Positions 7,890 to 15,110 of a stretch of DNA of 32,000 nucleotides are shown here, in pieces. The position numbers were made by a program, and so were the translations under genes. The notes beneath the pieces were generated by a model. It did no database searches, had not been told where the DNA came from, and saw only the letters and a list, made by a program, of their open reading frames with translations. The DNA is from Candidatus Iainarchaeum sp. Lineage in GTDB: Archaea; Iainarchaeota; Iainarchaeia; Iainarchaeales; GCA-2688035. Position 1 is the stretch's first letter. Each line of letters begins with the position of its first letter. Location of the stretch: assembly GCA_028713935.1 (NCBI GenBank), contig JAQTNI010000005.1:7582-39581 (forward strand). Direction: 5' to 3'.

Positions 7890-7943
7890 CAGCACAGAAA
7901 TCTGAAAATAGTGCCGGCTTTTTTTTTCAATCAAGGATTTTCA

Positions 7944-9521
7944 ATGAAATGCATTTTGGTCCGTTTAAAGGACAATCGCAGCAGTGACGTTCTCTATTTT
8001 CCAAAAGTGGAAAGCCTTGCAATTGGATATCTTGCAGGTTACCTGCGCGCTAATTCTTTTGAAGCTGCAATTGTTGATGAAGAGCTTTCAGGCTCTTCAA
8101 GAGAGCAAACAATAAGACAATTGCGGGATTCTGATTTGATTGGTTTTACTGCAATAGCAAAAACACAGATTTTTCAGGTAATCGAAACAACCAAAGAGCT
8201 GAAAAAGAGCAGGTGCAATGCCCATATTTCAATTGGCGGGCATTATCCGAGTTTCTTGCATAAAGAACTTCTTTCCTTGAAAAATACTTTTGATTCTGTT
8301 GTAAGGTTTGAAGGCGAAGAAACTTTTTCAGAGCTTGCAGAGGCAATCGAAGAAAAAAAAGCCTTTTCTGGAATCAAAGGGCTTGCCTTCAAGCAAAATG
8401 GAAAGATAATTGAAAATGGATTGAGACCGCTTATTGAAGACCTTGATTCTGTTCCTTTTCCTGCAAGGGACACTTTGCCAATGGTTTTGGAACAGGGAGG
8501 GTTGCCTGTAATTTCTTCCAGCAGAGGCTGTTATAACAGCTGCAGTTATTGCTCTATCAGCAGTTTTTACTCTGCTCCTGGCGGAAAACAATTCAGGACA
8601 AGAAGTGCGGAAAACGTTTTGGCAGAGCTTAGCGAATTAAAACAAAATTTTCCCGCAATGAATGAAATCTGGTTTGTAGATGATAATTTTGTAATGCCTG
8701 GAAGCAAAGGATTAGAGAGAACAGTCAAACTCTGCAAAGGCATAAAAAATCTTGGCCTGGAATTCCAGATTTACTTGCGCGCCAACCACATCAACAAAAA
8801 ATTGCTGTGCCTGCTTAAGGCAAGCGGCCTGCAAAATATTTTTATTGGCGCCGAGGCAGCAAATGATTTTACTTTGCAGGCTCTTTTCAACAAAAATATT
8901 TCTGTGGAGCAAACCCGCAAAGCAATAAAACTGTGCAATCAAATGAAAATCAGCATTGACCCCGGCTTTATAATGTTTCATCCCTGGAGCACAATGAAAG
9001 AAATAGAAGAAAACATAAAATTCTTGGAAGAAACAAAACAATTCACTCTTTATGGCATTGCAAGCTTTCTCACGCCTTATTCCTTTACCCCAATTGGCAA
9101 AAAAATGCTCAGCAAAGAATTGGCCTACAAAAAGCCGGCTGTTCTGCCTGCACAGAAACTCAATGATTTTGTGCCTTATGAAATAATGAACGAAAAAGCA
9201 GAATTGTTGCTTTGCCTTACTCTGGATGCTTTCGAAGAATTCAGCCGACTGCCAAAAATTTTTTCAAAACTAAAGCAAAAAATAAGGAAGCTAAAATCTG
9301 AAAAAAATCAAGATGCGATTGTGCTTGAAAAAAAATGGCTTTTTGAAATCAAAAAAATGAACCAGTCAGGAATGCGCTTTTTCAAGGAATTGTTTTTTTT
9401 CATCAAGGCAGCAGAGTTAAGCGACAATGAAATAAAGCCTTTTTTTGAAAAATTCAGGGCAAGAATCAAGGCAGAAATTGAAGAAACAGCAAAAGGGCTG
9501 GAAGAACTGGTTAACAACTAA
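7944..9521 (+). CDS. Class B radical SAM enzyme (N-terminal B12-binding-like domain + radical SAM core + helical C-terminal extension)
   Basis: The N-terminal Rossmann-like region (LIGFTAIAKTQ...ISIGGHYPS...VVRFEGEETF) is typical of the cobalamin-binding domain. It is followed by the CxxxCxxC motif SSSRGCYNSCSYCS. ATG at 7944 (MKCILV) is preferred over GTG at 7911. Confidence 0.85.
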   Translation: MKCILVRLKDNRSSDVLYFPKVESLAIGYLAGYLRANSFEAAIVDEELSGSSREQTIRQLRDSDLIGFTAIAKTQIFQVIETTKELKKSRCNAHISIGGHYPSFLHKELLSLKNTFDSVVRFEGEETFSELAEAIEEKKAFSGIKGLAFKQNGKIIENGLRPLIEDLDSVPFPARDTLPMVLEQGGLPVISSSRGCYNSCSYCSISSFYSAPGGKQFRTRSAENVLAELSELKQNFPAMNEIWFVDDNFVMPGSKGLERTVKLCKGIKNLGLEFQIYLRANHINKKLLCLLKASGLQNIFIGAEAANDFTLQALFNKNISVEQTRKAIKLCNQMKISIDPGFIMFHPWSTMKEIEENIKFLEETKQFTLYGIASFLTPYSFTPIGKKMLSKELAYKKPAVLPAQKLNDFVPYEIMNEKAELLLCLTLDAFEEFSRLPKIFSKLKQKIRKLKSEKNQDAIVLEKKWLFEIKKMNQSGMRFFKELFFFIKAAELSDNEIKPFFEKFRARIKAEIEETAKGLEELVNN

Positions 9522-9606
9522 GTTTGTTCCAGAATTTTTGCAACGTGCCATTTTTATTTTTTTGGTATCTTCTTTGCTTTATCTTCTCATTGATAGGGGC
9601 AATTAA

Positions 9607-10068
9607 ATGAAGCTGACTTTCGTTGAGTTTCAAGGGGAAATTCCAGATATTGCGGCAGCTACTCTTGCTGCAATATCATACGACTCCAGAAATATTTCTC
9701 AGCCTCCTGAAGGAGCATTTAAACTTATTTCAAAAAGCATACAAGACAGGCTTGGAGCGGACAGTCATCTGAGAATAGCATTAGCAATGGATACTGATGT
9801 TCCAAAGCCGAATCCGGTTGGTTATATCGAGTATTCCGTGATTGACGGCAAAGTTTTTGCGCATGCGCGATATGTGCGTGGTGAAGGCAAGTCTTTTGGG
9901 ATTGTAAAAAAAAGACTGTTAGAACACATACGAAGACAGGGCGAGTTTCACTGTTGGACTCAAACCATAACTGGCAGGCGTGCTTTTCGTGCTGCTGAAT
10001 TAAGATTAGAACGAAAGCAAAAACGGGAACAAAGGAAAAGGTTCCCCCTGGGAAGGCGCCCCATATAG
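9607..10068 (+). CDS. Hypothetical protein, 153 aa, possible GNAT-like fold with an Arg/Lys-rich C-terminus
   Basis: AGGGG lies 8 nt upstream of the ATG. VRGEGKSFGIVKKRLLEHI loosely resembles the acetyl-CoA motif A (R-x-x-G-x-G/A). GC looks higher than in neighbouring genes. Family call is weak. Confidence 0.45.
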   Translation: MKLTFVEFQGEIPDIAAATLAAISYDSRNISQPPEGAFKLISKSIQDRLGADSHLRIALAMDTDVPKPNPVGYIEYSVIDGKVFAHARYVRGEGKSFGIVKKRLLEHIRRQGEFHCWTQTITGRRAFRAAELRLERKQKREQRKRFPLGRRPI

Positions 10069-10094
10069 AGACAAAAAACCTAGAAAGGAAATTG

Positions 10095-10670
10095 TTAATT
10101 TTCCAGAATTTCCCTTATTTTTTTTGCAACGCTTCCTTTTGGATTTCTGAAAAGGAAGGCCTGCAATTGGTTGAAGTTTTTGCTTTTCCTTGCCTGAGAG
10201 GCTTTTTCAAAATCAATTATTATTGGCAGGAAATTTTTTTTCACCAAAATGTTTGCGCCCCTGCCTGCAAGCTGGCCATGGCTTAATCCGATTTCATCAA
10301 GTTTTTTTGCCTGTTCAAGAAGTGAATCAAGGCATTTCTGCAGATGTTTTTTTTGGGGATTTTGAAAAAGCCATTTTGAAAAAGGGATTCCTTCAATAAA
10401 TTCCATCAGCACAATTCTTTTTTCACAATCAAAGCAGATTAATTTCGGGCCAATTCCAATTCTGTTTGCGGCTTTCAAATTTGCAGCTTCTTTTTCAACC
10501 ATTCTTTTGCGCTGGCTTTTTTGCTTTTCAACTTTTGCGGCAAATTTTTTTCCTTTCCTGTTTTTCACCAAAAAAATTTCGCTGCTCCAGCCCTTTGAAA
10601 TTTTTTCAGCAAGCTCCAAGTTTTTTTCATTCAAAAATCCAGCCAATCGCAAAGCAGAATCAGGAATCAT
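10095..10670 (-). CDS. Small atypical protein kinase (RIO/Bud32/COG2112-like), ~191 aa
   Basis: The kinase subdomain order is visible: G-loop-like KGWSSEIFLV, FAAKV (Lys), EKEAANL (Glu), hinge LMEFIEG, catalytic HGQLAGRGANILV, and IIDFEKA (DFG-like). ATG is at 10670. A TTG at 10685 would overlap the upstream gene by 4 nt. Confidence 0.6.
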   Translation of the reverse strand: MIPDSALRLAGFLNEKNLELAEKISKGWSSEIFLVKNRKGKKFAAKVEKQKSQRKRMVEKEAANLKAANRIGIGPKLICFDCEKRIVLMEFIEGIPFSKWLFQNPQKKHLQKCLDSLLEQAKKLDEIGLSHGQLAGRGANILVKKNFLPIIIDFEKASQARKSKNFNQLQAFLFRNPKGSVAKKIREILEN

Positions 10671-10681
10671 AAAAACCAGTG

Positions 10682-11269
10682 TCAAGCGCCTGGCAAAATT
10701 ACATCAACAAGAATCCCTTTTGTCTTGCCCTGGTCAAGAAGCTCTTCAAGAGGCTGAAACACAGGGCCTTTCATATTATGCATTACCCAGTGAGTGCCAT
10801 TGCGTTTTCCAAGATACAATACTGTGTGGGTATAAAGCCTTCTTGGATGGCTTATTTGCTCTGGGCTCCAGGGCAGATAAATCCCCAACAGGCAGCCAGG
10901 CACAAGATGATTTTCAATTTTTTCCAATGGAACAACAGGCCTTTCAATTCTGCTTGAACCCCAACCAGTTTTTGTTGCAAGCCTTAAGGACAAATGATTC
11001 CATTTCGCCAGGTCCCATGCATGGCCTTTTTCATAATCCAGCCCGAAAATAATTTTTGCAACCCTTACAGCATAGCCAGCACAATTACCATCTTTGTTAA
11101 AATCCTTGGTTCTGCCTTTCCTGTCAGTTTCAATTGGAACACGAATTGCATTGCCGGTTCCAATTGCAGTTAATCCTGCCTGTGCAAGCCCCGGAATCCT
11201 TTCACTCCCTACTAAGTGGGAAACCCTTGGCTTAGAAAAAATCCTTTTCAGCCTGCGCATTCCCCTCAT
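10682..11269 (-). CDS. Putative papain-fold (NlpC/P60- or CHAP-like) cysteine peptidase/amidase, 195 aa
   Basis: The candidate nucleophile context is NCAGYAVRVAKIIFG, with downstream His residues (HTVLYLGKRNGTHWVMHN). The order and spacing fit papain-like hydrolases. No signal peptide is seen. GC is ~47% in sampled lines versus ~32% in the nearby islet. Confidence 0.45.
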   Translation of the reverse strand: MRGMRRLKRIFSKPRVSHLVGSERIPGLAQAGLTAIGTGNAIRVPIETDRKGRTKDFNKDGNCAGYAVRVAKIIFGLDYEKGHAWDLAKWNHLSLRLATKTGWGSSRIERPVVPLEKIENHLVPGCLLGIYLPWSPEQISHPRRLYTHTVLYLGKRNGTHWVMHNMKGPVFQPLEELLDQGKTKGILVDVILPGA

Positions 11270-11344
11270 ACAGCCACTTTCCCAATATCAATTATAATCG
11301 GAAGAGTTTTAAAAAAGAAAGCCCCTTACTTTAGCGTGGTTTAA

Positions 11345-11572
11345 ATGGAATGTTATTCTCCCACAAAACTCGGCGCACTGGCTTATGCAGTTGTTTTGAC
11401 AGTTGCTGCAGTAATTGTCCTTGCAGTTGCAAGATACTTGCTTGCAAAGCCAATTCTCACAATAGACCTTGCAGCCACAGCCGCAATTGTGTTCATAATA
11501 GGCTTCGCAGTGCAATGGTATATGCAGGCACGCTGCTGCAAAAGCCCTTCAAAAACAAAGGCAAAAGAATAA
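11345..11572 (+). CDS. Small two-TM membrane protein, 75 aa
   Basis: There are two clear hydrophobic helices (LGALAYAVVLTVAAVIVLAVA and AATAAIVFIIGFAVQWY) and a basic C-terminus. It competes with a Cys-rich antisense ORF. Confidence 0.45.
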   Translation: MECYSPTKLGALAYAVVLTVAAVIVLAVARYLLAKPILTIDLAATAAIVFIIGFAVQWYMQARCCKSPSKTKAKE

Positions 11573-11599
11573 TTGTTGCCTCAAAAAGCCGAGTTTTTT

Positions 11600-11821
11600 T
11601 CAAATTAATTTCAGGAATTCTTCTTTTGAGAGCCCTGCTTGTTTTATTATTGCCAACAGGGTTCCCGGTGCAATTGTTTTGTGGTTTGGAACAGTTACTC
11701 TTCGGAAAGGCATTTTGTTTTCCCTGAGAATGAAATGGCTGCCTGTTTGATGATCAACTTCAAAACAAACTTTGCCTAGTGCTTTTACAATTTTTAATCC
11801 CGGTAAAACAGGCAATTTCAT
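11600..11821 (-). CDS. hicA: HicA-family mRNA interferase toxin
   Basis: LKIVKALGKVCFEVDHQTGSHFILRE...VPNHKTIAPGTLLAIIKQAGLSKEEF is typical of HicA/YcfA, including the G-S-H motif. Confidence 0.85.
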   Translation of the reverse strand: MKLPVLPGLKIVKALGKVCFEVDHQTGSHFILRENKMPFRRVTVPNHKTIAPGTLLAIIKQAGLSKEEFLKLI

Positions 11822-11855
11822 GCAAAAAACTTCCTGAGAATTTGAAAAAAATTAT

Positions 11856-12071
11856 TTAAACAGAAATTGCTTCAATTTGCACAAATCGTTCAAAAACTTT
11901 TTCTTCCGGGTGTTTTTTCAGGCTTTCGAGATAACCCAAAACAGCATCCTTGATATTCAAAAGCGCCTGTGCTTTTGTTTTTCCCTGGGAAATGCAGCCA
12001 GGCAGGTTTGGTACTTCTGCAACAAACCAGCCGGTTTCAGAATCCTTAGTCAAAACAACCTTGAAATCCAT
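11856..12071 (-). CDS. hicB: HicB-family antitoxin (UPF0150 fold)
   Basis: FKVVLTKDSETGWFVAEVPNLPGCISQGKTKAQALLNIKDAVLGYLES is typical of the HicB N-terminal domain. It lies directly upstream of hicA. ATG at 12071 is preferred over GTG at 12080. Confidence 0.8.
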   Translation of the reverse strand: MDFKVVLTKDSETGWFVAEVPNLPGCISQGKTKAQALLNIKDAVLGYLESLKKHPEEKVFERFVQIEAISV

Positions 12072-12113
12072 ATTTATCACTATAAATATAATTCCCTAAG
12101 CGGCTATAAAAAC

Positions 12114-12233
12114 ATATCCTGGAATCCGACAATTGCAATTCCCAAAGAAAACTGGGAAGCATTGTCAAAACTCGGCAGCAAGAATGAAACTTTCGACGAG
12201 ATAATAACAAGGCTGCTGAAGGAAAAAAAATAA
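12114..12233 (+). pseudogene. Possible remnant or non-canonical-start ORF of a small ribbon-helix-helix-type antitoxin (…TIAIPKENWEALSKLGSKNETFDEIITRLLKEKK)
   Basis: The tail of track ORF 11877..12233 resembles archaeal short antitoxins (pattern TI.I.dE.w..L..lk...eSFSDvI..LL). No ATG, GTG or TTG occurs in frame after the part that is antisense to hicB. Confidence 0.25.
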
Positions 12234-12248
12234 GTAGGCACTTTGCTT

Positions 12249-12593
12249 TCATTGCTTCTTCTTTTTAGCTACGGATTTTTTGTTTTCAGATAGCTGGGAA
12301 TTTATTGTGTTTATCTTCTGGCTCAGATTATCGGTTATATCCAATAGCAATTTTTCTGTGCAAAACATTCGGACAAGCAAGTAAGTATTTATTGTATTCT
12401 CAACTCTTTGCCAAGCAAATTCATCTTCTTTGCCAAAAACCTCAAACGCTGTTTCTGTCAACTTGTCATATACATCCATATATTGGTTGTAACGCATTTC
12501 CGTGCCAACATTGTCAAGAATTTGCATCATGCGATACTCAAATTCAACTAACTTTTTCCCTTGTTCTTCTTTATTCAAACGGCTCTTTTCCAT
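12249..12593 (-). CDS. Hypothetical helical protein, 114 aa
   Basis: Complete ORF in a low-GC islet next to hicAB. No recognisable motif. Confidence 0.5.
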   Translation of the reverse strand: MEKSRLNKEEQGKKLVEFEYRMMQILDNVGTEMRYNQYMDVYDKLTETAFEVFGKEDEFAWQRVENTINTYLLVRMFCTEKLLLDITDNLSQKINTINSQLSENKKSVAKKKKQ

Positions 12594-12647
12594 ACATAAA
12601 CATATTTTGGAAAAGCGTAAAAAACGATGCCGACTTGCACTAGGTTA

Positions 12648-13109
12648 TCATTGAGATAAGGCGTTTCGAAATAGTAAAATAAGTTCTTTTAGTTCTCTCT
12701 TAATTTCTCTGGTTCTGTCTGGGCCAACATAATACTCTGCGTCTTTTTCCTGAAGTTGGATAGAGTAAAAGGTGATAGCCCTGCCATTTGCCTGTATTAT
12801 TTTTGGCGGCGGTATTTTTTTAGGGGCGCGATAGTTTTTGCCTAATTTTTTAGGTTCTTTGTGGACATCAAGCCCACGTATTGTGTTTCCTTTTTTTTTG
12901 CTAATCCAATGGGTTATTTTTGGGTCATTTTTGTATTTGTCATAGAATTGCACGTTTAGGCACTTTATATAATTCCAAGAAGTATAAAGTGTGTTTAAGC
13001 AAGCCCAAAAGTAATAGTTTTGATACTCTCTTTTTTTGGCTGTTTTCATTTTCTTAAAAAAGAAATCAGCTGCATTTACCCTTTCTAAAGCATCTTCTTT
13101 TGTGGGCAT
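12648..13109 (-). CDS. Hypothetical basic protein, 153 aa
   Basis: Complete ORF on the same strand, upstream of 12249..12593. It is rich in Lys, Tyr and Trp. No recognisable motif. Confidence 0.5.
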   Translation of the reverse strand: MPTKEDALERVNAADFFFKKMKTAKKREYQNYYFWACLNTLYTSWNYIKCLNVQFYDKYKNDPKITHWISKKKGNTIRGLDVHKEPKKLGKNYRAPKKIPPPKIIQANGRAITFYSIQLQEKDAEYYVGPDRTREIKRELKELILLFRNALSQ

Positions 13110-13219
13110 GTAATTTCCACTGCCCTCTAAGCAGGTTATAAATCTTATAATGAGTATAGGTTTTTAAACATTCATATCCATCAATATTTTAGTCTTTTTT
13201 CTATTCAAATAATCAAATT

Positions 13220-13288
13220 AATTCAATTGTGAGCTTTGCTTTAATTTGATTGTAAATTTTGAAGAAATTGAATTGTGAATTTTGGAGG
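13220..13288 (+). repeat. Three tandem 23-bp repeats (consensus AATTNNATTGTRARYTTTG...) directly upstream of the thermosome start
   Basis: Units are at 13220-13242, 13243-13265 and 13266-13288. 14 of 23 columns are invariant. The last unit runs into the SD GGAGGGTGA. Confidence 0.55.
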
Positions 13289-13297
13289 GTGAGTTTT

Positions 13298-14944
13298 ATG
13301 GCGGACAATAATAATCAGCAGGTTGTTTTTCTTCCTGAGGGAAGCAAGAGGACAAGAGGAAGGGATGCGCAAAGAATAAATATTCTGATTGCAAAGGCTG
13401 TTGCGAATGCAGTCAAATCCACTTTGGGGCCGAAAGGAATGGACAAAATGATTGTGGATGAGCTTGGCGACATTACTATTTCGAATGATGGCGCAACAAT
13501 TCTCGGAGAAATGAGCATTGAGCATCCTGCGGGCAAAATGATGGTTGAAATTGCAAAAACCCAGGACCAGGAAGTTGGCGATGGAACAACCACTGCAGTT
13601 GTAATCGGCGGCACTCTTTTGAAAAATGCGGAAGAACTGCTTGACGATGAGATTCACCCGAGCATAATTATCAAGGGTTATAGGTTGGCTGCAAAAAAAG
13701 CAAAGGAAATTGTTGCTGAAATTGCAGAGCCGATTTCTTTCAAGGACACAAAAATTTTGAGGAACATTGCCCTGACTTCAATGACTGGAAAAGCCGCTGA
13801 ATCAGCTGAAGAACTCACTGACCTTGTTGTAAAGGCAATTACGCAGATTGCGGATGAAGAGGATGGAAAAATAAAAATTGACATTGACAATGTCAAGGTT
13901 GAGAAAAAGCATGGAGCTTCCCTTGCCGAAAGCCAATTGGTGCAGGGAATAATTGTTGACAAGGAAATAGTTCATAATGGCATGCCAAAAAAAATCAAGT
14001 CGGCAAGAATTGCCCTGGTTGATGCCGCTTTGGAAATAAAAGGGCCTGAAACAGACACAAAAGTGGAAATCAATTCTCCTGAACAATTGCAGTCTTTTTT
14101 GGACAAGGAAGAGGAAATGCTCAGGAAAATGGTTGACACAGTAAAAAAATCAGGTGCAAATGTCTTGGTTTGCCAGAAGGGAATTGACGATGTTGCACAG
14201 CACTTTCTTGCAAAAGAAGGAATTGCTGCTATCCGCAGAGTAAAGCAATCAGACATGGAGGCGCTTGCAAGGGCAACTGGCGCAAAAATTGTTTCTAGGA
14301 TACAGGACTTAACTGAAAAAGATTTGGGAAAAGCAGACCTTGTGCAGGAAAAGAAAATCGGCGGCGACTCAATGGTTTTCATTGAAGGCTGCAAAAACCC
14401 GAAAAGCGTTTCACTGCTGTTAAGGGGAGGCTCAGAGCATGTGGTTGAAGAAGCAGAAAGGGCAATCCACGATGCATTGATGGCAACAGCCACAGCAGTA
14501 AGAGACGGCAAAATTGTTTATGGCGGGGGAAGCCCTGAAATGGAAATGGCTGTAAGATTAAGGGAATTTGCCACTACAATCGGCGGAAAAGAGCAATTGG
14601 CAATAGAAGCCTTTGCCTCTACTTTGGAAGAAATCCCAAGGACTCTTGCAGAAACAGCGGGAATGGACCCATTGGAAACCCTTGTCAACTTAAGGTCAAA
14701 GCACAAGGCAAAAACAGGCAGGACAATTGGCGTTGATGTTTTCAATTCCACAATTGGGGACATGAAGCCATTGAATGTAGTTGAGCCTCTTTCAGTTAAA
14801 ATACAGGCAATCACTTCAGGAATAGAAGTAGCGGAAATGCTGCTGAGAATTGACGACATAATTGCCGGAAACAGCAAAAGGCCATCAATGCCCCCAGGCG
14901 GAATGGGCGGAGGCATGGGCGGAATGGGAGACATGGAAATGTAA
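13298..14944 (+). CDS. ths: Thermosome subunit (group II chaperonin)
   Basis: Motifs are [19 protein letters not shown] and [12 protein letters not shown], with a GGM-repeat C-terminus. ATG at 13298 follows GGAGGGTGA. Confidence 0.95.
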   Translation: MADNNNQQVVFLPEGSKRTRGRDAQRINILIAKAVANAVKSTLGPKGMDKMIVDELGDITISNDGATILGEMSIEHPAGKMMVEIAKTQDQEVGDGTTTAVVIGGTLLKNAEELLDDEIHPSIIIKGYRLAAKKAKEIVAEIAEPISFKDTKILRNIALTSMTGKAAESAEELTDLVVKAITQIADEEDGKIKIDIDNVKVEKKHGASLAESQLVQGIIVDKEIVHNGMPKKIKSARIALVDAALEIKGPETDTKVEINSPEQLQSFLDKEEEMLRKMVDTVKKSGANVLVCQKGIDDVAQHFLAKEGIAAIRRVKQSDMEALARATGAKIVSRIQDLTEKDLGKADLVQEKKIGGDSMVFIEGCKNPKSVSLLLRGGSEHVVEEAERAIHDALMATATAVRDGKIVYGGGSPEMEMAVRLREFATTIGGKEQLAIEAFASTLEEIPRTLAETAGMDPLETLVNLRSKHKAKTGRTIGVDVFNSTIGDMKPLNVVEPLSVKIQAITSGIEVAEMLLRIDDIIAGNSKRPSMPPGGMGGGMGGMGDMEM

Positions 14945-15020
14945 CTGCCCTTTTCTTTTTTTGAAAAAAGAAAAGTGCAAGGTGCCCAAAAGAAAAAACC
15001 ATGCACTTTTGCTAAACAGA
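14944..15020 (+). repeat. Copy A of a ~77-nt repeated element (12-bp polypyrimidine/polypurine hairpin plus a conserved 3' part)
   Basis: ACTGCCCTTTTCTTTTTTTGAAAAAAGAAAAGTGCAAGGTGCCCAAAAGAAAAAACCATGCACTTTTGCTAAACAGA starts at the last base of the ths stop codon. A partial sub-repeat (…ATGTAGGTTGCCAAAAGAAAAGAAATCAT…) follows at 15021-15058. Confidence 0.6.
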
Positions 15021-15110
15021 AAAGAAAATGTAGGTTGCCAAAAGAAAAGAAATCATAAAAGAAAAAGAAATTCTGAATTTTTGAATCGGGAATTCTTTTT
15101 CTTTCTTTTT

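Noticed and set aside
10466-11052. Plus-strand ORFs (181, 92 and 68 aa) opposite the kinase and peptidase genes
   Set aside because: They have no motifs, are low-complexity, and lie opposite ORFs with recognisable catalytic motifs. The higher local GC lengthens random ORFs.
11309-11515. Cys-rich 68-aa minus-strand ORF (…NCGCGCKVYCENWLCKQVSCNCKDNYCSNCQNNC…), tempting as a metallothionein- or bacteriocin-like peptide
   Set aside because: It uses a TTG start with no SD-like motif. It is the mirror image of GCA/GCT/GTT-rich codons of the plus-strand two-TM protein, since antisense Ala/Val codons yield Cys/Asn. The plus-strand product has coherent TM helices. It remains a low-probability alternative.
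14944-15006. Conserved minus-strand peptide across the two repeat copies (M-V/F-FSFG-H/Q-L-A/T-LF...)
   Set aside because: The conservation is fully explained by nucleotide identity of the repeat. Both frames run on into the antisense of the thermosome gene or of the tRNA, and there are no independent stop or SD signals. It is interpreted as a non-coding element.
13315-15006. Multiple antisense or off-frame ORFs inside the thermosome gene (e.g. 13972..14511, 14518..15006)
   Set aside because: The thermosome reading frame is unambiguous, and the antisense ORFs are Ser/Ala/Ile-rich shadows.
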